Source: a virus | Lineage: Duplodnaviria; Caudoviricetes | IMG/VR virus record: IMGVR_UViG_3300025300_000050 | Coordinates: 1-33,416 of that record | DNA length: 33,416 bases | Reading direction: 5' to 3' (one strand) | Position numbers and translations under genes: made by a program | Shown here: positions 26,170 through 33,416 of the stretch, piece by piece | Position numbering within the stretch: the first letter of the stretch is position 1 | Layout: every line of letters starts with the position of its first letter | Notes under the pieces: generated by a model | The model's database searches: none | Told to the model about the DNA's origin: nothing | The model's input: the letters and a program-made list of their open reading frames with translations, nothing else

Positions 26170-26947
26170 TAGTACCTCCGGTCATCATGCACCATGTACG
26201 TAGCACGGCATATAAGTTTCGATAGTGTCGTTTTCCTGTACCGCTGTGATAATCCCAACCACCACCTTTTTTGTAAGTGAAACTAGCAACCATAGCCCAA
26301 GCCTTCAACTCTACGGTTTCCGACGGTATTTGATGTTCACGTTGCCAGCGATCAAAATTATCCGCTTGCTTATCCACATAAACAAAGCCTTCAATATACG
26401 CCAGGATATCGTGGACAGTCTGAATATTATCAACATCCACCGGTATAGATATATTTGATGTTTCTTCTGATGTTTCTATTGGTGTTTGGGGTGTCACTGG
26501 TAACACCCTAGCTTGTTCGTTTTTACACCCTAGGTCTAATTTATTACACCCTAGGTTTTTGTCATTGTGTCTAAAATTACGCCCTAGCTCTATGTCAGAT
26601 TCAACAACGCTATCCTCGGCACTTGGTTCAGCACGAGCGGAACTTTTAAAGGGTGGCTTAAGAAGACCTTTGCTTAGATCAATACGGTATTCGGTAGCAT
26701 AACCGTTGCGACCTCCACCACCACCACGGCCAGGACTAACGGGTATCAACAAGCCTATCTTTACCAGTTCCTGAAGAATAGTCTGCACTCTACGGCGAGA
26801 GTAACCGGTTTTCCACATCATACGAGCTACGCTTGGGAAGACCTTCGTTCCATCGTCTTGAGCATGGTCGGCAAGGCAAAGCATCAAAGTCTGTTGAGTA
26901 TGTGTTAACTCAATTGACCAAACCTGACCAGACAGTAGACCGCTCAT
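26057..26947 (-). CDS. Replication initiator with N-terminal winged HTH
   Basis: LADHAQDDG..FPSVARM...TGYSRRRVQ..L.ELVK.G (HTH_36-like); upstream of the DnaC-like gene; internal iterons. Confidence 0.85.
   Translation of the reverse strand: MSGLLSGQVWSIELTHTQQTLMLCLADHAQDDGTKVFPSVARMMWKTGYSRRRVQTILQELVKIGLLIPVSPGRGGGGGRNGYATEYRIDLSKGLLKPPFKSSARAEPSAEDSVVESDIELGRNFRHNDKNLGCNKLDLGCKNEQARVLPVTPQTPIETSEETSNISIPVDVDNIQTVHDILAYIEGFVYVDKQADNFDRWQREHQIPSETVELKAWAMVASFTYKKGGGWDYHSGTGKRHYRNLYAVLRTWCMMTGGTNDQPKGNGKPQHNPIENRFETESRRLSERRRNRNAVS
26503..26587. repeat. Iterons / putative replication origin
   Basis: AC(A/G)CCCTAG at 26503, 26525, 26546 and 26579 (spacing 22, 21, 33 bp) with AT-rich flanks. 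Confidence 0.75.
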
Positions 26948-26957
26948 GTAATCATCC

Positions 26958-27194
26958 TTATTGCGTGGTCTCGGAAAATTGTTCCACCTGAATGCTTTCA
27001 GCTTTTCGTTTCAGGGCATCCTCCAGTATAGGCACTGATCGTGTGGTTTCTTTATGTTCCACAACGTATAGGCGATCCCAATATGGCGACTTACATTTGG
27101 CACAGCGTGACGGTTTCGTCATATTTCGGCTATACCATATGTGACCGCAAGCAGGTCGTGCGCATTGGTTCGCTTCCACAGATACAGTGGGCAT
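26958..27194 (-). CDS. Small Zn-ribbon protein in the cro position
   Basis: Start ATG 27194 (AAGGAG SD); CARPACGHIWYSR...PSRCAKCKSPYWD. Confidence 0.75.
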   Translation of the reverse strand: MPTVSVEANQCARPACGHIWYSRNMTKPSRCAKCKSPYWDRLYVVEHKETTRSVPILEDALKRKAESIQVEQFSETTQ

Positions 27195-27234
27195 ATTTAA
27201 CTCCTTTCTATCCCGTGGGACATGGTTACCAACC

Positions 27235-27381
27235 ATTTAACACTAATAGTGTGTAGTAGTCAACACTGTAAGTGTTACTAACACGTTTATTATACAGAGA
27301 GATGTAATGTTACACAACACTATCAGTGTAGGCACTGATAGTTACTCAAGGTTGACAATAATACACTATTGGTGTATTATT
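27235..27381. promoter_or_regulatory. Divergent control region with four ACAC-N5-GTGT sites
   Basis: Sites at 27239, 27262, 27316 and 27362. Rightward promoter TTGACA(27352)-17-TATTAT(27375); leftward TTGACT (27263-27258) has a weaker -10. Confidence 0.8.
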
Positions 27382-27409
27382 TTAAGGAAGGAAAAGAAAG
27401 GAGAGTGAA

Positions 27410-27694
27410 ATGGAATTCGTGATATCTGACATCAGTGGAGACTTTCTAACATCAGTCACCATCGTTGCTGACAGTGTGGAGCAAGGCCATGAATGGGCAG
27501 CGTCTCATGCAGCTAGCCTCGGTTTCCCTGGAGTTATCTGTGTAAGCCCACGTTATCCGTTGGTCTGTTGCAACTGCGGTACACGAACAGAGCCGTTAGT
27601 GTCTTACCACCAATACGCTGGCGGTCATGGCAGTGTAGTCGTTGTGTGCTGCGATGATCGATCTGCATGCTGGGAACGTGAGAGGAGCCAATAA
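27410..27694 (+). CDS. Hypothetical Cys-rich protein
   Basis: AAGGAG SD; VCCNCG...CCDDRSACW. Confidence 0.65.
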   Translation: MEFVISDISGDFLTSVTIVADSVEQGHEWAASHAASLGFPGVICVSPRYPLVCCNCGTRTEPLVSYHQYAGGHGSVVVVCCDDRSACWERERSQ

Positions 27695-28113
27695 TGATTG
27701 CTGAATCTGAATTAACAGACGCAGAACTGGTAGCAGCATTGTACGAAGCCAAAGAAAGCCGCAAGCGGGCATACGCTACGCATGATGCGCTAGAGCTAGC
27801 GTTACTTCAAAGGATGTACGAAAAGAAGGCCCAGGCCCTCGCTGGTGTTGGGATGAACGCCATCTTCGATGAAGATACCACCTGGGATGTGGGCATCCTG
27901 GAAGGTTTAAAGGAGCACATTGGCCCCGAAATCATCCTGACCGCCTACACTGCCGAGCACCAAGAAACGGTACCGGCAAAATGGGATATGCGCATCGTGC
28001 GCTCTTGGGGAAAGTTTGGAGAGGAAGTCTCTGAGCTTCTTGACCGGGCTAAAATCCGAGGCAAGCAACGGGTGAAGATTGTCACCACGAAAGAACCTCC
28101 GTCCAGCCATTAG
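27694..28113 (+). CDS. Hypothetical early protein (helical N-terminus)
   Basis: GAGGAG SD and TAATG coupling; function not recognised. Confidence 0.65.
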   Translation: MIAESELTDAELVAALYEAKESRKRAYATHDALELALLQRMYEKKAQALAGVGMNAIFDEDTTWDVGILEGLKEHIGPEIILTAYTAEHQETVPAKWDMRIVRSWGKFGEEVSELLDRAKIRGKQRVKIVTTKEPPSSH

Positions 28114-28116
28114 GGG

Positions 28117-28145
28117 TTGACATGTGTACACCAACAGTGTATTAT
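28117..28145 (+). promoter_or_regulatory. Sigma70 promoter with embedded operator
   Basis: TTGACA-17-TATTAT; TACAC-caaca-GTGTA at 28127-28141. Confidence 0.85.
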
Positions 28146-28190
28146 AAGGATAGAAAACAACATTAACAGATATGAAAGGAGCCCCACAAC

Positions 28191-28511
28191 ATGCAAGCCA
28201 TCAAACAAGCCAAGGACTTCACCGGGTACATGATACTAAAGCACACCTGCGGAGCGATAAGCCGGGTGTATGTAGGCCCCTGGTACTTCAAGGGCTACGC
28301 CGCCGACGGTCGCACCCCAGCCGACCTTGATGCGACGATAACTTGCGCTTGTGGGAAGCAACTAAAAATAGAGCATGGCCGGGCCTTATATGGCCGGTAT
28401 GTAACCACCACGATCTGCTCCGATAAATGCACCGGAGCCAGCGGGCCATCCTGCGATTGCCAGTGTGGCGGCATGAACCACGGCGGCAAATACAGCAACG
28501 ATGTGAAATAG
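28191..28511 (+). CDS. Cys-rich metal-binding phage protein
   Basis: CSDKCTGASGPSCDCQCGGMNHG; AAGGAG SD. Confidence 0.75.
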   Translation: MQAIKQAKDFTGYMILKHTCGAISRVYVGPWYFKGYAADGRTPADLDATITCACGKQLKIEHGRALYGRYVTTTICSDKCTGASGPSCDCQCGGMNHGGKYSNDVK

Positions 28512-28515
28512 TGAG

Positions 28516-28565
28516 GGGCCTGGCCGAAGCCAGGCCCAACGCCAGGGCTGGTCCCAAGGCCAGCC
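28516..28565 (+). other. Tandem RNA hairpins in intergenic leader
   Basis: GGGCCTGGC-CGAA-GCCAGGCCC, then GGCTGG-TCCCAAGG-CCAGCC; no U tract. Confidence 0.6.
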
Positions 28566-28703
28566 AATATAAGCGAGAAGGTATAGACAATGGCTCAATA
28601 TAAAGTGTTATGTGGCTGCGGCCACGAATGCTTACCTCATGGAGGCGCTCAAGGTCTCCAAGGAGGACCTAATGCGGGAGCCCGATCCGGAGGAGGTATC
28701 GGC

Positions 28704-30827
28704 ATGACTACGGCGGTAGACCTATTCCCTTTCCAGGATGCTATCAGTCAATGGGCAGTCAACAAAGGACGGGCGGCTATATTCGCTGATACAGGGTTGG
28801 GGAAAACTCGGATGCAGCTTACATGGGCAGAGGCGATGGCAGGGCGCACGATCATCCTTGCTCCGTTGGCTGTGGCCTTACAGACAGAACGGGAGGCGCA
28901 GCTTATTGGCGTTGATGCTGGCTATGCCAGGCATCCCGACCAGGTCTCGGCCAGGGTGACTATTGCAAACTATGAAATGGTGGACAGGTTTAACCCCCAA
29001 GATTATCAAGCCGTGGTGCTGGACGAGTCTTCCATTTTAAAAAATGTTGACGCCAAGACTCGGGGTAAATTAACGGGGTTATTTGCCCAGACACCCTATC
29101 GCCTCTGTTGCACAGCAACTCCATCACCCAATGATATCGCTGAGTTGACCAACCACGCCGAATTCCTTGGCATCATGCGCCGGACAGACGTACTCGCCAA
29201 GTTCTTTGTCCATGATGATGATGGGTGGAGGCTCAAGGGCCATGCTCAGGAATCATTCTGGGAGTGGGTATCGACGTGGGCGATGGCTTTGCAGCGGCCA
29301 TCGGATCTAGGATATACCGATGATGGTTATGACCTCCCGTCCCTCAACATTCATCATGTAGAAGTAGAGGGTGAAGCGGCTGCCTATGCCCAAGCAACGG
29401 GGCAGCTATTCGCCACCGAACTGAGGGGGTTACATGGCCGTCTAGCGGCCCGAAAGACGACGGTCGAACAGAGGGCGCAAAAGGCCATAGACCTTATCTC
29501 TGAACATCCCGACGATCAATGGCTAGTGTGGTGTGGATTGAACGAAGAAGGACGGCTACTCAAACGATATTTATCCTCTGCCACTCTGATAGAAGGTGCA
29601 CATTCTTTCGATACTAAAATGGACGCCGCCCGCCAGTTCGCCGATGGAGGGCTAGGTGTCCTCATTAGCAAGCCGTCGATTATGGGGTTCGGCATGAATT
29701 TCCAGAAGGCGCACCGCATGATCTTCCTCGGTATCAATGACAGTTTCGAGACTTACTACCAGGCGATCCGGCGATGCTGGCGATTCGGTCAACAAGAGGC
29801 CGTTGATGTATATACCATCATGTCAGACCTGGAGCGGCCGGTTTGGGATAATGTCCAACGCAAGGCAAAAGAACATGAGGGGATGGTGCAAAAAATGATG
29901 GGATTTATGTCGGACTTTGGCAAAGCCGCCCTGCATGGTGCCATCGTCGACCATGAGAGGATGCCAGACGACACGGCCTCCGGACAGGGATGGACATTGC
30001 ACCGGGGCGACTCGACCGCCGTTCTTCCCACTTTGGAGCCCGATAGCGTTGATCTGACAGTATTCAGCCCGCCCTTTCTCAGTTTGTTCGTTTACAGCGA
30101 TGATGACCGAGACCTGGGGAATAGTGATTCCGAGAATGTGTTCATGGAGCGGTTCCGGCCCATCGTCGCTGAACTCCTGCGGGTCACCAAGCCTGGCCGC
30201 CTGGCCGTGGTCCATGTGGCCCAGGTGGCGGCGACATTAGCCCATGATGGTTTCATAGGGATCAAGGATTTTCGGGGTGCCGTCATCAAGTTGTTTATCG
30301 AGGAGCAGTTCCACTATCATGGTGATGTCACCATCGATAAGAATCCCCAAGCCCAAGCCATCCGCACCCACGCCAAAGCCTTGCTATTCAAGCAGCTCCG
30401 CAAGGACGCATCATGGCTACGTCCTGGACTGGCAGACTATATGTTGCTGTTCCGTAAGCCTGGCGAGCCAGCGATACCCATCCAGCCCGATATCTCCAAT
30501 GAGGAATGGATCGAATGGGCGCACCCCGTCTGGTATGGCATGAGAGAAACGGACACGCTAAATGTCGCCCTGGCCCGAGCGGAACGGGATGAACGCCATA
30601 TCTGCCCCCTTCAGCTACCTGTTATCGAGCGATGTATCCGACTCTGGAGCAATCCTGGCGATGTTGTGTTGAGCCCCTTCGCCGGGATCGGTTCCGAAGG
30701 CTACGTAGCGTTACAACAAAAAAGACGGTTTGTAGGGGTAGAGCTAAAGGATTCATACTATCGGGTCGCTTGCCGTAACCTGGACCATGCTGCGACGACC
30801 CGACAGGGCCAGATGGAGATGGTATGA
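28704..30827 (+). CDS. SNF2-like helicase/ATPase fused to amino (likely N4-C/N6-A, beta class) DNA methyltransferase
   Basis: FADTGLGKT, LDESS, TATP and QAIRRCWRFGQ helicase motifs; GDS, FSPPF, HICPLQL and SPFAGIGS MTase motifs. Likely start ATG 28704 (GGAGG SD); the frame is open from 28590. Confidence 0.9.
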   Translation: MTTAVDLFPFQDAISQWAVNKGRAAIFADTGLGKTRMQLTWAEAMAGRTIILAPLAVALQTEREAQLIGVDAGYARHPDQVSARVTIANYEMVDRFNPQDYQAVVLDESSILKNVDAKTRGKLTGLFAQTPYRLCCTATPSPNDIAELTNHAEFLGIMRRTDVLAKFFVHDDDGWRLKGHAQESFWEWVSTWAMALQRPSDLGYTDDGYDLPSLNIHHVEVEGEAAAYAQATGQLFATELRGLHGRLAARKTTVEQRAQKAIDLISEHPDDQWLVWCGLNEEGRLLKRYLSSATLIEGAHSFDTKMDAARQFADGGLGVLISKPSIMGFGMNFQKAHRMIFLGINDSFETYYQAIRRCWRFGQQEAVDVYTIMSDLERPVWDNVQRKAKEHEGMVQKMMGFMSDFGKAALHGAIVDHERMPDDTASGQGWTLHRGDSTAVLPTLEPDSVDLTVFSPPFLSLFVYSDDDRDLGNSDSENVFMERFRPIVAELLRVTKPGRLAVVHVAQVAATLAHDGFIGIKDFRGAVIKLFIEEQFHYHGDVTIDKNPQAQAIRTHAKALLFKQLRKDASWLRPGLADYMLLFRKPGEPAIPIQPDISNEEWIEWAHPVWYGMRETDTLNVALARAERDERHICPLQLPVIERCIRLWSNPGDVVLSPFAGIGSEGYVALQQKRRFVGVELKDSYYRVACRNLDHAATTRQGQMEMV

Positions 30828-31021
30828 GTCGCCCCCTCCGCCGTGGGGTCATGGACTCCGCCTGGAGGGAGATCACCCGCCCGATCTGGGAGACACACCT
30901 CCAGGAGGCGGAGACCGAGGGGAATGAGGGCCGGGCTGCATATGCCCGGTGGGGTCTTCACGCAGGCGGGGGCAGGAGTAAAAACAAACCTCCTCTTCTT
31001 CAACAAGGGAAGCCACACTGA
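30824..31021 (+). pseudogene. Small gene apparently truncated at about 30950 by the hsdM fragment
   Basis: ATGA coupling to the helicase-MTase; protein-like up to GRAAYARW, then reads out of frame through hsdM-like DNA. Confidence 0.45.
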
Positions 31022-31307
31022 GAAGATTTGGTACTATGACCTATCTGACCTGAAGGTCGCTAAACGGAAGCCCTTGGCCGCATCTCACTTCGATGAGTTC
31101 TTCAAACTGCTGCCGGGGCGAGAAGAAAGTGAGAACAGCTGGACGGTTACGAGGGCGGAGATAGAAGCAAAGAACTACGACCTAAAGGCAGTCAACCCCA
31201 ACAGGAAAGAAGAAGTAGATACTCGTACCCCAGAAGAACTCCTAGACATCATCGAACAGAAGGGTACTGAGATACAGGAAGCGTTGGCGATGCTGAGGGG
31301 ATTATAA
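30942..31307 (+). CDS. hsdM: C-terminal ~120 aa of a type I R-M modification subunit (HsdM fragment)
   Basis: PGGVFTQAGAGVKTNLLFFNKG...KIWYYDL...HFDEF...EIEAKNYDLKAVNPN...PEELL..I is recognisable as an HsdM C-terminus; no NPPF or SAM-binding motifs. Confidence 0.75.
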   Translation: MPGGVFTQAGAGVKTNLLFFNKGSHTEKIWYYDLSDLKVAKRKPLAASHFDEFFKLLPGREESENSWTVTRAEIEAKNYDLKAVNPNRKEEVDTRTPEELLDIIEQKGTEIQEALAMLRGL

Positions 31308-31318
31308 AATAATTATAT

Positions 31319-31385
31319 TTAGGTTCTATTTCCCTATAGGAAGACTTTGCTGGAGGTCAACCAAGAGAATGTGGATAGAACCTAA
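31319..31385. repeat. 11-bp perfect inverted repeat enclosing 45 nt
   Basis: TTAGGTTCTAT (31319-31329) / ATAGAACCTAA (31375-31385). Confidence 0.7.
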
Positions 31386-31450
31386 CGCCTAGGAGTCAAG
31401 CCTGCAGTTAATGAGAGGGAATACCACATGCGTATAGAGGAGTTAACGAC

Positions 31451-31660
31451 ATGGATGTTCTACATTGGGCTTGGATGCAGACTGACCGAACGACCGGATC
31501 ATCAAGACCGGTGGACGAGACGGCGGTTAGAATGGCAATAATCGATTACACCCATGACATTGACCGTGCCATCGAACTCGGATATCAAGGTGAGAATTTG
31601 GAGACTTCCAACAGTTTTTATCGATACGAGGGCAAGCAAGCAAACCGGAGTGTTGAGTAA
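31451..31660 (+). CDS. Hypothetical protein
   Basis: GAGGAG SD 8 nt upstream. Confidence 0.6.
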   Translation: MDVLHWAWMQTDRTTGSSRPVDETAVRMAIIDYTHDIDRAIELGYQGENLETSNSFYRYEGKQANRSVE

Positions 31661-31689
31661 TTGCATTATATACACTGTTAGTGTACAAT
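31661..31689 (+). promoter_or_regulatory. Sigma70 promoter with embedded operator
   Basis: TTGCAT-17-TACAAT; TACAC-tgtta-GTGTA at 31671-31685. Confidence 0.85.
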
Positions 31690-31722
31690 AGTAGAGAAGA
31701 AAGACGTTAGGAGGATGAAAGG

Positions 31723-32361
31723 ATGATGTTACAGCAACGGGACATATCAATGGAGATGGAACTACGTGGCATTACGCAAAAAAAGACTAAGGCTGATAAA
31801 TCCTATGCCGATGTCGAGATACAGTTAGACCCTGTATACCGCCGAAAATACCCCGAAACCCTTAAATGCTGGGACTGGGACATGGTGGCGCACCTCGTGG
31901 ATCAGGCTGGTACTCGGCAGACATTTCACCTCAGTCCAGCAAAGTTAAAAACTAATCAAGACGGTTCTGTTAAAGACGACGATGGTCAGTGGGGAAGTTA
32001 CGACTGGAAAATCATCGGTGTTGGTGACGGTGATGGTCTACCAGCCTTGGATGCGCCAGTGTACCAACCGCAGCCCAAATGGCATGACGAGCCGTCCGAC
32101 GATTCCAAGCCCATTTACGCCAACAATGCTGGCGATACGTGGTTGCGCAAGGATCGCTCAATTGAAAGTCAGACTGCCATGTATCAGGCGATAGATTCAG
32201 CCAAGTTCCTAACTAAGGAAGCTGCCAATGTCCGAGATACAGTGTTTGAGCAAATCGATGGAGAGCTAATTGTTCACATTGACAAGTTTACCGACATAGT
32301 GAAGATGTTGCATCCGGTGTATGTACAAATGATCCGAGAGGAACGGCCTGACAATTGCTGA
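31723..32361 (+). CDS. Putative ssDNA-binding / recombination-associated protein
   Basis: OB-fold-like beta N-terminus, Pro-rich linker and KDRSIESQTAMYQA helix. Function is inferred; start may be 31750. Confidence 0.45.
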   Translation: MMLQQRDISMEMELRGITQKKTKADKSYADVEIQLDPVYRRKYPETLKCWDWDMVAHLVDQAGTRQTFHLSPAKLKTNQDGSVKDDDGQWGSYDWKIIGVGDGDGLPALDAPVYQPQPKWHDEPSDDSKPIYANNAGDTWLRKDRSIESQTAMYQAIDSAKFLTKEAANVRDTVFEQIDGELIVHIDKFTDIVKMLHPVYVQMIREERPDNC

Positions 32362-32504
32362 TGTTGTGGACGAAATGTTGGCATTGTAAATCGGATAAAC
32401 TTAAAGTTGCCGATGGCTCACACATGGTGCTGGAATGTACTATGTGTAGAGCCATCATGGTTGGTGTTATTGCCAACCATCCCAACACCAAACAACGAAA
32501 TTAA
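32361..32504 (+). CDS. 47-aa Zn-ribbon protein
   Basis: Below the ORF-track cutoff: MLWTKCWHCKSDKLKVADGSHMVLECTMCRAIMVG...; TGATG coupling to the upstream gene. Confidence 0.6.
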   Translation: MLWTKCWHCKSDKLKVADGSHMVLECTMCRAIMVGVIANHPNTKQRN

Positions 32505-32515
32505 GGAGGCTCAAC

Positions 32516-33274
32516 GTGCCGGTGTTTTATGACCGTGGAGGAAACCCGATCTCGCTGACGAGTTGGACACATAAACTCAACGATCCCGATTACTGTGTCA
32601 TTGATATCACTGAGTTTGATGACGATCACTCCACCAAAATAATCACTCGATGGACTGGCATTGATCTCGGCATTGTGCCAGCGGAAGATGCTAATCCGAG
32701 TCGACATCTTATCTACCAAACTGTGTTGTCGGATGCTCGTGATAACAATATCGTTTATGTCCAGCCCTGGGAAACCGAACGCGCTGCACAACTGGGTCAT
32801 CAAGCAGCATCCCAAGCATTTACCGATGGACATATTCTGAGTTGCAGCGAACCGCTATCGGTGGCAGCAGAGCAATTAAGTGACGTTGAAAATACAGTTG
32901 TTGAACCGTTAGCAGTCGAAACTGTTGTTGAAGAAGCCTTACCAGTGCCAGTGCCAATTTTACCATCTGTTGCCGTGAGCGATGATCCGAACCGTGTGGT
33001 TCTTGACCACACGCCAGCTATAGCGTCCGAACCCGTGGTACAAGTGCAGCCATCAATGGCAGCAGGAACCGTAGCAGACTATGTGGATGAAAATCGTGTC
33101 GTAATTGCCACTCCGGAAGGGCAGCAAGTGGAACTGCCTGGTACGCATCCCAGAGATCATGTTGAAATTAGACCTCACGCGTTCGACCATCCGGAAGGCG
33201 GTATCTTTGACGGGGCTGGTGCGCCACTCTGTTCGCATTGTTGGAATCCTGAAGCATTACATCCCCCTATGTGA
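32516..33274 (+). CDS. Hypothetical protein with acidic V/E/P-rich linker and C-terminal Cys/His motif
   Basis: AAGGAGG SD and GTG start; HAF...CSHCWNPEALH. Confidence 0.7.
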   Translation: MPVFYDRGGNPISLTSWTHKLNDPDYCVIDITEFDDDHSTKIITRWTGIDLGIVPAEDANPSRHLIYQTVLSDARDNNIVYVQPWETERAAQLGHQAASQAFTDGHILSCSEPLSVAAEQLSDVENTVVEPLAVETVVEEALPVPVPILPSVAVSDDPNRVVLDHTPAIASEPVVQVQPSMAAGTVADYVDENRVVIATPEGQQVELPGTHPRDHVEIRPHAFDHPEGGIFDGAGAPLCSHCWNPEALHPPM

Positions 33275-33416
33275 TCCGTGTGTCAGAATACCAACAACTT
33301 CAAAAAGTTTACACTGAGGCGTTGAAAATACGGGATGCACTTATAGATAAGTCTCTACATATTGAGACGGATCAGGACATGAGGAACAATATGATGATAG
33401 TGTTGTCCCATTATTT
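33271..33416 (+). CDS. Hypothetical protein, partial
   Basis: GTGA overlap; open to the window end (VIRVSEYQQLQKVYTEALKIRD...). Confidence 0.45.
   Translation, partial: MIRVSEYQQLQKVYTEALKIRDALIDKSLHIETDQDMRNNMMIVLSHY

Noticed and set aside
28704-31307. Complete type I/III R-M, BREX or DISARM defence system
   Set aside because: No HsdS, HsdR, Res nuclease, PglZ or Drm partners; hsdM is only a non-catalytic fragment.
31319-31387. Integron attC site (contains ACCTAAC)
   Set aside because: The core sites are in the wrong order (RYYYAAC should be 5' and GTTRRRY 3'), and no integron integrase is present.
1-33416. Integrase/att sites, tRNA, rRNA, reverse transcriptase or DGR, endolysin
   Set aside because: No supporting motifs or TR/VR repeat pair seen by eye; they may lie outside the window.

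Overview
This window is a 33.4-kb segment of a tailed dsDNA phage or prophage with siphovirus-like, HK97-type architecture; no integrase, att site or host flank is visible. Positions 1-27.2 kb are almost all minus strand and read in transcription order: small Zn-ribbon gene, replication initiator with internal iterons, DnaC-like loader, VRR-NUC, ParB-MTase, terminase small and large subunits, an inserted promoter-bearing cassette with a C5 methyltransferase, portal fused to a gp7/F domain, prohead protease, major capsid, several head fibre/decoration-like genes, head-tail connector, a Com-like Zn-finger gene with a membrane-protein cluster, neck genes, three paralogous tail-tube genes, a tail chaperone with an A-AAA-AAC -1 frameshift, and a tape measure protein with 138-bp repeats that runs off the left edge. 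From 27.4 kb an early region runs on the plus strand: small Cys-rich genes, an SNF2-like helicase fused to an amino-MTase, a captured 3' fragment of a type I hsdM, and an SSB-like gene. The most notable signals are: (1) a TACAC-N5-GTGTA operator placed identically in four sigma70 promoters and clustered in a divergent switch whose flanking genes encode Zn-ribbon rather than HTH proteins; (2) a C5 MTase apparently split over two overlapping reading frames, with five PTP repeats; (3) triplicated tail tube genes; (4) a free-standing HsdM C-terminal fragment; (5) a Com-like gene followed by CCWAGAG repeats and a terminator. All protein assignments come from motif recognition by eye; no searches were run.
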